A stretch of 64,000 bases of DNA from assembly GCA_905478415.1 (NCBI GenBank), contig CAJQIG010000001.1, forward strand, positions 72,818 to 136,817. The letters are read 5' to 3'. Origin of the DNA: an uncultured Patescibacteria group bacterium (lineage in GTDB: Bacteria > Patescibacteriota > Microgenomatia > UBA1400 > PJMF01). The translations under genes and the position numbers were made by a program. The notes below the pieces were generated by a model, which did no database searches, was not told the origin of the DNA, and saw nothing but the letters and a program-made list of their open reading frames with translations. The stretch's first letter is position 1, and each line of letters starts with the position of its first letter. This document shows positions 48,008-57,782 of this stretch, in pieces.

Positions 48008-48032
48008 GTGCGGGTCGCAAAGCGACCCGCAC
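48008..48032. other. GC-rich perfect hairpin in a short intergenic spacer
   Basis: GTGCGGGTCGC-AAA-GCGACCCGCAC is an 11-bp perfect stem with no U-tract on either strand. Confidence 0.4.
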
Positions 48033-48050
48033 TGTTGGAAATGGGGAAAA

Positions 48051-48233
48051 CTATGGAACAAGGATCGATGCTCCAATCACAATACAAGCGATTGCGACAA
48101 GAGCTAAGACAAAAATAATACGGGCTGCGGTATCAGTAACGTGCACTCCTTCGGCCCAAGGGCTTCTGAGTACCAAAAGTAAGATGAGCCCTACCAGGGC
48201 TCCAATGATTATTAGTGATAATCCAAGGGGCAT
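48051..48233 (-). CDS. Possible small two-transmembrane-helix membrane protein (60 aa)
   Basis: MPLGLSLIIIGALVGLILLLV...FVLALVAIACIVIGASILVP forms two hydrophobic helices. It sits between two large membrane-protein genes on the same strand. Confidence 0.35.
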   Translation of the reverse strand: MPLGLSLIIIGALVGLILLLVLRSPWAEGVHVTDTAARIIFVLALVAIACIVIGASILVP

Positions 48234-48251
48234 GGTTATTCTCCTTGATAC

Positions 48252-48446
48252 TTATGTGGTTGCCGCAAGGACGAACCAAAAGTATCCTAGGCCGGAAAGA
48301 AGTAAGATCATTCCGATAAAAAAAAGTTTTGCAGTTGTGTTTTGATAAACAATGTTTGTACTGTTTTGTTCTGTTCTAGACCTAAAAAATACAACGATCA
48401 GTAGAATTAATCCACAAATCACACTTATAGATGCAATTGTAGCCAT
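48252..48446 (-). CDS. Possible small two-transmembrane-helix membrane protein (about 64 aa from MATIASISVI)
   Basis: Two hydrophobic helices. The ORF track gives 48252-48509 using an upstream ATG. Same-strand operonic context. Confidence 0.3.
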   Translation of the reverse strand: MATIASISVICGLILLIVVFFRSRTEQNSTNIVYQNTTAKLFFIGMILLLSGLGYFWFVLAATT

Positions 48447-48538
48447 CCTGTTCCTCCATTTTAAAGAAAAGTACTTGGAGTGTGTGAGCGCGGAGCTCAA
48501 ACATTCCAAGTGTGATTTATTGTATCATAATAAGATGT

Positions 48539-50314
48539 TTATATGTCGTATTTGACAATTAAGAACTCATTGTTCTCTAGTATGGTTTGATAGTTTTCAT
48601 TTGTAAATATTGTATGTATTGTGTCGATTGACTCCTCTAGCATTAGTTTTTTGTTAAATTTTATGTATGTGACGTCTTTTTGATTGAGAAGCTCATACGT
48701 ATCTAAACTTTTTGAGTTTTCGACTGAAGTTCTAAAGTTATGAATAAAATCATCAATGTGTTTTGGTTGGAAGCCGCTGTAGCCATTAACAAGCTGGCAG
48801 TCATAATGCATGTTGTTCAAGAGCATTTTGGTCCAGTAATTTAGGGTTATCAAGACATGAGTTTTTGGTTGTTCAGGTGCAAATGGATATTCTAAAAGCA
48901 CGTCATTTACTTGACATTCAGATATCAAGTAATTGTAGCTGTCATCTCGGTAGGTATCTACAGCAGTTCTTTGTTTAATTGGAACGATTTCTAGTATGTA
49001 CAATGCTGTTATCAACGTAATAATAAAAATTGCTTTCTTAATTGTATATGATTTAAAAATTGAGTTGAGTGCTACACCAACAAAGTAAAACATACCCACT
49101 TGAACTACAAAAAACCATCTAGATATCACTCGTAATGCTGAAAAAAAAGGAGTTAGTTTAAGTGGAAAAATATACGGCAATGGTATGGCAAGATATTTTC
49201 CATTAAGACTGAGTCGAGGTCCGAGTACTGCTATTATTCCCCATCCGAGCAACAACATAAAGAAATGAAAGATTTGCCTTTCTTTCTTTGTTAAGGAAGA
49301 TTTCCTTAGTTTTTTTATTCCATATGTAACAACAATTAAAAGTATGAAGCCTGTCCCAAATGTTTCTCCTCCAAGGCGATGGTTATGGACATTTATTTTT
49401 TTATAGAATGATTCAACCCAGAAGCTTGGAAGCGGGTTAAAAAAGAAATCAGTGATTTGCATCGAATGATTTATATAGGTATCCGCTGAACGTTCTATCT
49501 CATATACTCTTTGGATTTGCACAAATTTGAAAACAAAGTAACCTGCAATAACAAGAAAGCCCAAGAAAAATAATGATCCTTGTTGTATGGACTTCAGTAA
49601 AGCTTTGGAATCAAAAGCTTTTTTATATTTTTTCCTAAAAAGGTTTTTGAATTGGATATGAGTACTCATTTTCAAAAGAAAGAATATACCTGAAATTGTT
49701 AAGGAGTAAATGCCAATGTAGACTGCAGCTAAAAATTGCAATCCGCTCAAGAAACCAGCGAACACATATTCTGATCTTTTTTTTGCTGTGAGTAGTACTC
49801 CTAATGAAAAAAAGAAAAACCAATATGAGATCATTTGATAATGTGCATACATGGTAAATACATACGGTGAAAAAGTGAAAAGTAATGTCAACAAAAATAT
49901 AGTTTTTTTATCTTTAAAAACTTTATTCCAAAAGAACTGTAGAGAAATGATATTTAGTAATCCAACTGCTAGAAAAACAAGATTGTGAGTTGTTATGTAG
50001 TCTTCTGTAAAAGGGAAAATAAATAGTCCCAAAATACTTTGTGGGAGTAGCAGATCAGTAAAGTACTTTCCTCCTGGAGTTGGATAGAACATTGAGATAT
50101 TTCCGAAATTCATGAAATCTAGTGTGGAAATGTGCTGTATATTCTGTTGGAGAATGTAGACCATCAATGGATAGTCGTACCAATCTGATAAAGCTGAAGA
50201 AATGTGTAACACCAGTGTTTTATTGAAAAGTAAAAATAAAAAGAATATAAATAAGACCGAGAGGATGGAAAACGCTTTTGCTTTTGAGAGTTGTATTAAT
50301 TTTTTCTTTGACAT
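48539..50314 (-). CDS. Large polytopic membrane protein, GT-C-like (function unknown)
   Basis: 591 aa with many transmembrane helices and a C-terminal soluble domain. Very AT-rich. Divergently arranged with the plus-strand island. Confidence 0.5.
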   Translation of the reverse strand: MSKKKLIQLSKAKAFSILSVLFIFFLFLLFNKTLVLHISSALSDWYDYPLMVYILQQNIQHISTLDFMNFGNISMFYPTPGGKYFTDLLLPQSILGLFIFPFTEDYITTHNLVFLAVGLLNIISLQFFWNKVFKDKKTIFLLTLLFTFSPYVFTMYAHYQMISYWFFFFSLGVLLTAKKRSEYVFAGFLSGLQFLAAVYIGIYSLTISGIFFLLKMSTHIQFKNLFRKKYKKAFDSKALLKSIQQGSLFFLGFLVIAGYFVFKFVQIQRVYEIERSADTYINHSMQITDFFFNPLPSFWVESFYKKINVHNHRLGGETFGTGFILLIVVTYGIKKLRKSSLTKKERQIFHFFMLLLGWGIIAVLGPRLSLNGKYLAIPLPYIFPLKLTPFFSALRVISRWFFVVQVGMFYFVGVALNSIFKSYTIKKAIFIITLITALYILEIVPIKQRTAVDTYRDDSYNYLISECQVNDVLLEYPFAPEQPKTHVLITLNYWTKMLLNNMHYDCQLVNGYSGFQPKHIDDFIHNFRTSVENSKSLDTYELLNQKDVTYIKFNKKLMLEESIDTIHTIFTNENYQTILENNEFLIVKYDI

Positions 50315-50435
50315 ACCGTATGCAATGGATTATTACATGTCTAAGTGAATTTATGAAGAAACAGAAGTATAGTATACTAACCAAACTTTACTTTATGATT
50401 ATTTGAAGTTTGTTTTAAGAAAGAGTAGCTAAATA
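50315..50435. promoter_or_regulatory. Divergent AT-rich promoter region of the low-GC island
   Basis: 121-nt spacer between divergent genes. Contains TATAGT/TATACT -10-like hexamers and an AAGAAAGAG ribosome-binding site before the 50436 ATG. Confidence 0.3.
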
Positions 50436-52970
50436 ATGTCAAACATGTTCTCTCATAGCACAAAACGAATATTGAGTAATAAATTTTTTAAAATTGCTGC
50501 CTTTTTTGTATTTATATTAATACTTTTTGTTTATCAGATATTTGCACTAGTAAAAAATCGTGCTAAGTCTTTAGATGATCAACAAATCACCACACTCGTT
50601 CAAAGGGTCTCATTCAGTTCAGAACAAAATTTTAGTAAAATATTGTCTAAAGACAAAAGAACTTTCTCCTTCAAGGCTGAAAATAATAATTTAGGCATCA
50701 TTGCTGTTTTAATAAATAATTATGACCAAGTGAATTCTGACCAACTCACATTTCGAATACGGGAAAAGACTTCTGATAATTGGTATTTCCAAGAGAAATA
50801 TACTACATCCAAGATGAATGCCTCCTATTTCTATACTTTTGGATTTCCACTAATAGCTGAATCAAAAGGAAAAGAATACTTGGTTGAGATAGAATCAATT
50901 GCTGGAGTTCCTAATAATTCAATTTCTTTACATTCTGATTCGCGTTTTTTTATGGCTAAATATTCGTATCCAAAGTCGTATTTGTTTGATCATAGTGATG
51001 AAATTGTTCCATTTACAATTAAAAGAATAGAAGGATATCGCGAGTATCTTTCAAAGGCAGATGTCTTCGCTCTATTTTTGAAAACCTTGGGATGGACAGC
51101 TGTAGTGGGTATTATATTCTATATTTCTAAGAAATATTTTCTTGAGATTATTGCAGGGTATTTGAATAGTATTTACGCAAGAAAGAATGAATTAGCAGAA
51201 TATTTAAAAGACTATGTTGGTTCAAAGTCTTTCAAAAGTGAACTGCTTTTTGTTTTGACTCCAGTAATGGCGTTGTTAGATTTTGCTTTTTTTTCTCCTT
51301 TTACAAAAGAAATTGGGATACCATTGCTTGTTATAATTTCTCTTTTAAATATCGGATATTTATATTTAATATATGTATCCTTTAATGCAATTTTAAGTTT
51401 TGTTAGAGATAAAATATATTATCCAATTGCTTTTCCAGTAGTAGTATTTGTTGTCAGTAGATTGTTTTTTCTTGATGCTGTACCCCGATGGGATAGTGCA
51501 GTTTACTTTCATGCATTACTTAAGAGCATGGCAAAGTTTGATTACAGTATCGGGTCGTTTTTAGGTTTTAATTGGTTTGGGCACCCGTCAATGGGTTTTG
51601 GGCTTTATTCCTCCATTTTTCAATTTCTAAAACCAGATAGCATTTTAATGGTAAATATTGGAAATATTTTCTTAGGAATTATTGCAATTATTTCTTTTTA
51701 CTTAATTAGTCTCTACTTTTTTGAAAATAGAAAAAAAATTGAACTTGTTTTATTAACTACAATGTTTGCTATAAACCCCTTGTTTTTTAGCGTCTCCACT
51801 GCTTTTTTACCAGATTTTGGAGTGATTGTATTTTTCTTAGCAGCATTAGCAGCATTTTTTAATAAAAAACATTTACTGACAACATTCTTTTTTCTATTAA
51901 TGGTTTTTTCTAAAGAAACTGGTGTTTATACATATGGTTTCTTTCTTTTGTTTATTTCAATATTTGTTTTATTGCAACGTCTTTCTAAAATCCATCCAGA
52001 AAAAATAATCAGTTTTTTCTTTGCTCTGATTCCAGGGCTTAGTTTTCTTTTATACTTCATACATAGTAAGGGTAGACATTGGACTGCTGGAAAGCCAATT
52101 GTTATTTCAAATGATTGTTTTTTTTGTTTTTCGTTTCAACCTGCTCACTTTATTCAAAATATTGAAGTTATGTTTATACTAAATTTTAGTTGGATTTTAA
52201 GTGTCATAATCATTATCTCTTTAATTCTTCATTTTTTTAAACGTCAACAATTTTCTTCTTTTTCAAGTGCAGTGAAAAAACAAGAGTTTAAATCTTTAGT
52301 TGCAACTTTTGTTAGTTTTGTCGTCTTTTTTATGGTTTTTGTTATTTATATTATTCCAAGTTATATGACAATTTCTGTTGTGTTTTTACTATTTATAGCT
52401 TATTTTTCATTACTACAATTAAAAATAAACTCTGGATTTAGAATTTTGATACTACTATTTGTCACAACTATATTTTTGATTCAAAGCTTTTTTAACATAG
52501 ATTGGTTGTCTTCGAAGATCTTTGGTGAGTTTAGCCTTGGGAATCACCAAGTGGTAAAAGTTGGTTCTGAATATTCCTGTGATGGATTGATTTATAATAC
52601 TCAATATTTGTACATAGATCGTTTAATTACAAAGTTCCATCAGGAGTTTGGTATTAGTGAGAGTGATTCCATTATTATGAACGCTTCACACTGGCATAGT
52701 TTTTACCTTGGTGGAGGTGGGTACGAAGTATATATAGACCCAAATACCTTGCAAAAAACGTTTATGAAAACAAATGGATTTCGTCCTCAGATATACCCTT
52801 TGAAGGCAGCTAAAACATACCCTGATGAGGCATACTATTTAGCTTTCCCATGGTTAGAAGATGAAGGTAGTTCTCTTGAGATTCTCAAAGGGTTCTATAG
52901 TATTGATAAGGAAACAAGAATTACTACTGGTGGATACTGGATAACTGTATATAGTCTGTCTAAGAAATAA
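50436..52970 (+). CDS. Large polytopic membrane protein (844 aa), putative GT-C-type glycosyltransferase
   Basis: N-terminal transmembrane helix, a roughly 200-aa soluble region, at least 12 transmembrane helices including a LDAVPRWDSAVYF loop, and a C-terminal soluble domain. Confidence 0.5.
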   Translation: MSNMFSHSTKRILSNKFFKIAAFFVFILILFVYQIFALVKNRAKSLDDQQITTLVQRVSFSSEQNFSKILSKDKRTFSFKAENNNLGIIAVLINNYDQVNSDQLTFRIREKTSDNWYFQEKYTTSKMNASYFYTFGFPLIAESKGKEYLVEIESIAGVPNNSISLHSDSRFFMAKYSYPKSYLFDHSDEIVPFTIKRIEGYREYLSKADVFALFLKTLGWTAVVGIIFYISKKYFLEIIAGYLNSIYARKNELAEYLKDYVGSKSFKSELLFVLTPVMALLDFAFFSPFTKEIGIPLLVIISLLNIGYLYLIYVSFNAILSFVRDKIYYPIAFPVVVFVVSRLFFLDAVPRWDSAVYFHALLKSMAKFDYSIGSFLGFNWFGHPSMGFGLYSSIFQFLKPDSILMVNIGNIFLGIIAIISFYLISLYFFENRKKIELVLLTTMFAINPLFFSVSTAFLPDFGVIVFFLAALAAFFNKKHLLTTFFFLLMVFSKETGVYTYGFFLLFISIFVLLQRLSKIHPEKIISFFFALIPGLSFLLYFIHSKGRHWTAGKPIVISNDCFFCFSFQPAHFIQNIEVMFILNFSWILSVIIIISLILHFFKRQQFSSFSSAVKKQEFKSLVATFVSFVVFFMVFVIYIIPSYMTISVVFLLFIAYFSLLQLKINSGFRILILLFVTTIFLIQSFFNIDWLSSKIFGEFSLGNHQVVKVGSEYSCDGLIYNTQYLYIDRLITKFHQEFGISESDSIIMNASHWHSFYLGGGGYEVYIDPNTLQKTFMKTNGFRPQIYPLKAAKTYPDEAYYLAFPWLEDEGSSLEILKGFYSIDKETRITTGGYWITVYSLSKK

Positions 52971-52996
52971 GTTTTTATTTGTGATAAATTAACATT

Positions 52997-53617
52997 ATGC
53001 TAATAAACTCAATACTACAATATCCTCTCATCTGGGATCTTTCACAAATTATTTTTGGGGCAAACAAGCAAAAGAAAGAGTTATACCGATCACTCATTAA
53101 AAAGAAGGGTGCGCTGCTTGACTTTGGTTGTGCTGACGGAAATACTTTTTTAGCATTTAAAAATTTTGATTATACTGGTCTTGACATTGATGCCAAGGCC
53201 ATTGCTCATGCTGAACAAAAGTATGTTGATTTTCCTAATGCCACATTTATTTGTGATGATGTGTTGAAAAACAACCTCCCAAAAGAGAGTTATGATACCA
53301 TTTTATTTGCTGGTACAGCTCATCATCTTCCTGACAAAGATTTATTCAAGATTACAAGGGCGCTTGCGCGTTTACTAAAAAAAAATGGCTGCTTGTATTT
53401 TGTTGATCCTGTTAAAGATACATCGAGAAAATCAAAATTACTTTCTTTCTTAATATCTCTTGACCAAGGGAAGTTTCATAGAGATGAAAAATTTTATACT
53501 AAGAATTTAAAAAAATTTTCAAAAGACCTTAAGCCCAAATTCACTAGAACACATTTCATGACTGGTACTTTTATGCCTCAGCCAACGTATTATATTGCTA
53601 AATTTGTTAAGGCCTAA
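52997..53617 (+). CDS. Class I SAM-dependent methyltransferase
   Basis: 206 aa. LLDFGCADGNTFLAF is the SAM motif I (Methyltransf_11/12-like). Confidence 0.7.
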   Translation: MLINSILQYPLIWDLSQIIFGANKQKKELYRSLIKKKGALLDFGCADGNTFLAFKNFDYTGLDIDAKAIAHAEQKYVDFPNATFICDDVLKNNLPKESYDTILFAGTAHHLPDKDLFKITRALARLLKKNGCLYFVDPVKDTSRKSKLLSFLISLDQGKFHRDEKFYTKNLKKFSKDLKPKFTRTHFMTGTFMPQPTYYIAKFVKA

Positions 53618-53619
53618 TT

Positions 53620-55239
53620 ATGAGTTTTCTTGCTCCTAGATCATATTTTTCTCAGATGGGAGAAGACAAGTATATTGATACTGAAATTTTTTTAGGTAAA
53701 AGCAATGGTGTGTTTTTAGATATTGGAGCACATGATGGAAAAACATTTAGTAACACCTATTTCTTAGAGAAGTATCGTAACTGGAACGGTATTTGCGTGG
53801 AGCCACTTCCAGATATTTTTAAAAAACTCAAGAAAAATCGAAAAGCCATAGCAATCAATGCCGGTGTGGGTTTAAAAAAAGGAAAAGAAAAGTTTTTAGA
53901 GGTTAGTGGTGATGGAAACGCAGAAATGTTTTCTGGCTTACTTGCTTCTTTTGATCCTCGTCAAATTAGAAATATTAAGAAGGAAGTAAAAAAACGTAAT
54001 GGAAAAATAAAAGAAACAGTAATTGATATAGTGCCACTGTCAACTATTCTTAAGAAGAATAAGATTACTCACGTTGATTATTGCTCCATAGATACCGAAG
54101 GTAATGAACTTGATGTCCTAAAGTCAATTGATTTTTCAGCTTGTAGTATAACTTGTTTTACTGTCGAAGACTTATTTGGTAGCAAAGAACTTCGTTCTTT
54201 TATGAAAGAAAAAGGCTATACCTTAGTGAAAACTCTTGATAAGGATTTGGTCTTTCTTCATAAATCTTCAATGCAAATAGGTGGTAATAAAGCAGATGTG
54301 GAAATGGTGAAATCAGGCACGCAGACTCTTTCGGTTGTCATTCATACAAAAAACGAAGAAAAGATGATAGCGGATTGTATTCAGTCTGTTAAAAAGATTG
54401 CAGACGAGATTATTGTTGCTGATATGCAGAGTACAGATAATACAATTGGTATTGCAAAAAAATTAAAAGCAAAAATTATATCAGTCCCAGAGTACGGTTT
54501 TGCTGATCCAGCTAGAAATTTAGCGCTTTCAAAGGTTACAAAGGATTGGGTTCTTGTTCTTGATGCAGATGAAAGGATCACACCAAAACTAGAAAAAAAA
54601 ATAAAAAGATTGATACGCGGTGGAACTTGTGATGTTGTTAGTTTTCCAAGAAAAAACATAATGCTGGGAGGGTGGATTAAGCATGGATTGAGATGGCCAG
54701 ACTATCAAATTCGTTTGTTTAGAAAAGGTTTTGCAAGCTGGAGTGACATGATTCATGATCCGGCTCATTATACGGGGCGTTTTTACAGGCTGCCAGCAAA
54801 GGAAGTAAATGCCTTAGTCCATTATCATAGCGATAGTATTAGTTACTTAATGGATAAAACATACCTCCAGGCCTCTTTAGAACGTTTCTATGATAATCAA
54901 GAAGATTTGTCAATTGATACCATTTACGACAGGATGGGTAAGGAGTTTGTTTGGCGCTTCTTTGAACATGAAGGTTATAAAGATAAAATGCATGGATTAA
55001 TAGTAAATAAATTTATGGAGTTTTATAGGTTTCTAGAATTTGCTATGTATTGGGAGCGAAGTGGCAAACCCGAACTAGCAACAATCAAAGAATTAGATAG
55101 TCTTTGGAATATTGAGAACAAGCTCAATGAAACAACGGACGAACTCAACAGAATTAAAGATTCAAAATTTTATATTTTTTGGAAAGCTTATTCATATTTG
55201 AAAGATTTATTTAAAAATATGCAATCAAAATTACACTAG
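53620..55239 (+). CDS. FkbM-family methyltransferase fused to a GT2 glycosyltransferase
   Basis: 539 aa. The N-terminal half (FLDIGAHDGKTFSNTYFLEKYRNWNGICVEPLP) is FkbM/Methyltransf_21. The C-terminal half (LSVVIHTKNEEKMIADCIQSV...VADMQSTDNT...LVLDADE) is GT2. Confidence 0.7.
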   Translation: MSFLAPRSYFSQMGEDKYIDTEIFLGKSNGVFLDIGAHDGKTFSNTYFLEKYRNWNGICVEPLPDIFKKLKKNRKAIAINAGVGLKKGKEKFLEVSGDGNAEMFSGLLASFDPRQIRNIKKEVKKRNGKIKETVIDIVPLSTILKKNKITHVDYCSIDTEGNELDVLKSIDFSACSITCFTVEDLFGSKELRSFMKEKGYTLVKTLDKDLVFLHKSSMQIGGNKADVEMVKSGTQTLSVVIHTKNEEKMIADCIQSVKKIADEIIVADMQSTDNTIGIAKKLKAKIISVPEYGFADPARNLALSKVTKDWVLVLDADERITPKLEKKIKRLIRGGTCDVVSFPRKNIMLGGWIKHGLRWPDYQIRLFRKGFASWSDMIHDPAHYTGRFYRLPAKEVNALVHYHSDSISYLMDKTYLQASLERFYDNQEDLSIDTIYDRMGKEFVWRFFEHEGYKDKMHGLIVNKFMEFYRFLEFAMYWERSGKPELATIKELDSLWNIENKLNETTDELNRIKDSKFYIFWKAYSYLKDLFKNMQSKLH

Positions 55240-56192
55240 TGAAAAAACACACGTTTTTAATTACTGGCTCAACAGGTTTTATAGGTTCAGTTTTGTTGCG
55301 CACCTTGCTTCGAAGAGGAGAAAAAGTTGCTATTATTTTGCGGAAAGAATCGAATGTTTGGCGCATCAGTGACTTACTGGGTCAGGTCACTATTCATTAT
55401 TCGGACTTATCTTCATTACCTAAGTTAGAGAGTATTATTAAAAAAGTAAAGCCAACTGTTATTTACCATTTAGCTACAAATGGAGCTTATTCATATCAAG
55501 ATAATGCAGATCAAATTATTCAAACAAATATTCTAGGCACATGGAACTTATTGCAAGCATGTAATATAGTTGATTACGAATTATTTGTGAATACGGGCAG
55601 TTCTTCGGAATATGGTTTTAAGCAATTTGCTATGAGGGAAACTGACATTACAGAACCGGCAAGTTATTATGCTGTAACGAAGTGTGCACAGACACTTTTA
55701 TGTTCTCATATTGCTCGTCAAGAAAAAAAACCGATAGTTACTTTGAGACCCTTTTCCGTTTATGGCCCATTTGAAGAGCCTCGTCGCCTTGTTCCCACCT
55801 TAATGATGTCTCTCTTACAGAATAAAAAAATGAGTCTAGTATCTCCGACTATTGCGAGAGACTATATTTATATTGATGATATGGTATCTGCTTATCTTAA
55901 GATAAGTAAACTTAAAATGAATTCTGGTGAGTATTTTAATATTGGTACTGGAGTACAAACAACAATTAAGGAAATAGTAAATAAATCATCGAGAATAAGT
56001 GGAAAAGAAGGCAATTTTATTTGGGAAGGTCTTGATAATAGAAAGTGGGATACAGATGTTTGGGTGGGCGATATATCCAAAGCCAAAAGGCTTTTAAACT
56101 GGCAACCAAAACATTCTTTGGAATCTGGTATAACTGAAACATGGAAGTGGTTTGAAAAAAATTATAAGAAATATAGTTATGAAAAAAAATAA
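55239..56192 (+). CDS. NAD-dependent sugar epimerase/dehydratase/reductase (extended SDR)
   Basis: 317 aa with the Rossmann motif ITGSTGFIGSVLLRTL and the catalytic YAVTK (YxxxK). Confidence 0.7.
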   Translation: MKKHTFLITGSTGFIGSVLLRTLLRRGEKVAIILRKESNVWRISDLLGQVTIHYSDLSSLPKLESIIKKVKPTVIYHLATNGAYSYQDNADQIIQTNILGTWNLLQACNIVDYELFVNTGSSSEYGFKQFAMRETDITEPASYYAVTKCAQTLLCSHIARQEKKPIVTLRPFSVYGPFEEPRRLVPTLMMSLLQNKKMSLVSPTIARDYIYIDDMVSAYLKISKLKMNSGEYFNIGTGVQTTIKEIVNKSSRISGKEGNFIWEGLDNRKWDTDVWVGDISKAKRLLNWQPKHSLESGITETWKWFEKNYKKYSYEKK

Positions 56193-57075
56193 GGTTAGTT
56201 GTGCGATTTGTAATACAGTAGATAATTACTCAGTTTTATACGAACAAAATTACAAAGATGACGATTTTAACGTCGATATTTTTTCTGCTAGAAGGTTACC
56301 AGACAAAATTCATTATCAATTAGTAAAATGCAATTCGTGTGGTCTAGTCCGATCTACTCCAGTTATTGAAAATGACATCTTAAATGACTTGTATGTCAAA
56401 AGTAAATTAACATATAATACAGAAGTTGAAAACTTAAAAACCACCTATCTAGAAGCACTTTCTCCAATTTTAAATAGACTCGCAAAGAAGTCAGCAATTC
56501 TTGAAATTGGATGTGGAAATGGTTTTGTTGTAGAAGAGTTGTGCAAACAAGGGTACACAAATACTTTTGGAATTGAACCTAGCATAGATGCGGTTGAAAA
56601 AGCACCAGATGATTTATCAAAGCGAATTGTACTTGATTATTTCAAGGATGGGCTTTTTAAAGAAAATACATTTAACTTTATTTTCATATTTCAAACTTTA
56701 GATCATATTCCAAACCCTGATCAGTTCTTGAAGGAGTGTCACAGAGTTTTGAAGCCTAATGGATATATCTTTGCATATAATCATGATGTTGAAAGTATTT
56801 CAGCTAAGATCCTCGGTGAGAAAAGCCCCATTTTTGATATAGAACACACTTTTCTTTATAGTACTGATACAATTAAAAAGATATTCAACAAGAATAGATT
56901 TGAGGTGCTTTCAGTTGATAAACCATTGAATACGCTATCTTTAAAACATCTTACCTGGTTACTACCTTTACCTAGAAGAATTAAAAGGTGGTTGTTAAGA
57001 TCGAATAGTTCATTGTTTAATATAAATATAAAGATACCACTTGGTAACCTAGCAATTACGGCAAGGAAAAAATGA
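56179..57075 (+). CDS. Zn-ribbon plus class I SAM methyltransferase (NDP-sugar C-methyltransferase-like)
   Basis: The N-terminus has CAICN...(38 aa)...CNSCG, i.e. CxxC-CxxC, followed by the SAM motif ILEIGCGNGFVVEEL. Start chosen at 56179 (the ORF track gives 56152). Confidence 0.55.
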   Translation: MKKNKVSCAICNTVDNYSVLYEQNYKDDDFNVDIFSARRLPDKIHYQLVKCNSCGLVRSTPVIENDILNDLYVKSKLTYNTEVENLKTTYLEALSPILNRLAKKSAILEIGCGNGFVVEELCKQGYTNTFGIEPSIDAVEKAPDDLSKRIVLDYFKDGLFKENTFNFIFIFQTLDHIPNPDQFLKECHRVLKPNGYIFAYNHDVESISAKILGEKSPIFDIEHTFLYSTDTIKKIFNKNRFEVLSVDKPLNTLSLKHLTWLLPLPRRIKRWLLRSNSSLFNINIKIPLGNLAITARKK

Positions 57076-57782
57076 AATTCACTGAACGTCAAAAGAAATT
57101 GAGAAAAAGACTAATGGAGGTTGTTTTTAAAGCCAACGCTTCGCATATCGGATCGTCTATAAGTGTGATTGATATAATTGATTCTATTTTTGAAATTAAA
57201 TCTAGTGAAGACCGTTTTGTACTCTCAAATGGACATGCAGCAGCAGCCTATTATGTAGTCTTAGAGAAAAACAACTATCTAAAAAATATTGACTTAAATA
57301 CATTGGGGGTTCATCCGGATAGAGATTTAAAAAAACATATTCATGTTTCAACAGGTAGCTTAGGTCAAGGATTACCGATAGCATTAGGAATGGCTTTGGC
57401 AGATAAAAAGAAAACAATTTATTGTTTAATTTCTGATGGAGAATGTGCTGAAGGTAGTATCTGGGAAGCTCTGAGGGTGTATCAACAAGAAGCTCCTAAC
57501 AATTTGAAAATTGTGGTATCAGTGAACGGTTGGGGGGCTTATGATAAAATCTCCTCGAGAGATTTGAAAAAAAGATTTACTGGCTTTGGTCTCAAGGTAG
57601 TAAGTATAAACGGTCATGACCAAAATCAAATTGTGACTTCACTTAAAGAAAAATATGATAAACCAACACTATTTTTTGCTAAAACAAATTCTGATCAATT
57701 ACCCTTTTTGAAAGACTTAGTTGCTCATTATCATTCAATGAGTGAAGAAGAGTATCAGTTAGCTGTAAAGAAATTTTCATGA
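57072..57782 (+). CDS. Transketolase N-terminal (ThDP-binding) subunit
   Basis: 236 aa with SNGHAAAAYYVV, HVSTGSLGQGLPIALGMALA and the ThDP GDG-type motif ISDGECAEGSIWEA. Confidence 0.75.
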   Translation: MKFTERQKKLRKRLMEVVFKANASHIGSSISVIDIIDSIFEIKSSEDRFVLSNGHAAAAYYVVLEKNNYLKNIDLNTLGVHPDRDLKKHIHVSTGSLGQGLPIALGMALADKKKTIYCLISDGECAEGSIWEALRVYQQEAPNNLKIVVSVNGWGAYDKISSRDLKKRFTGFGLKVVSINGHDQNQIVTSLKEKYDKPTLFFAKTNSDQLPFLKDLVAHYHSMSEEEYQLAVKKFS

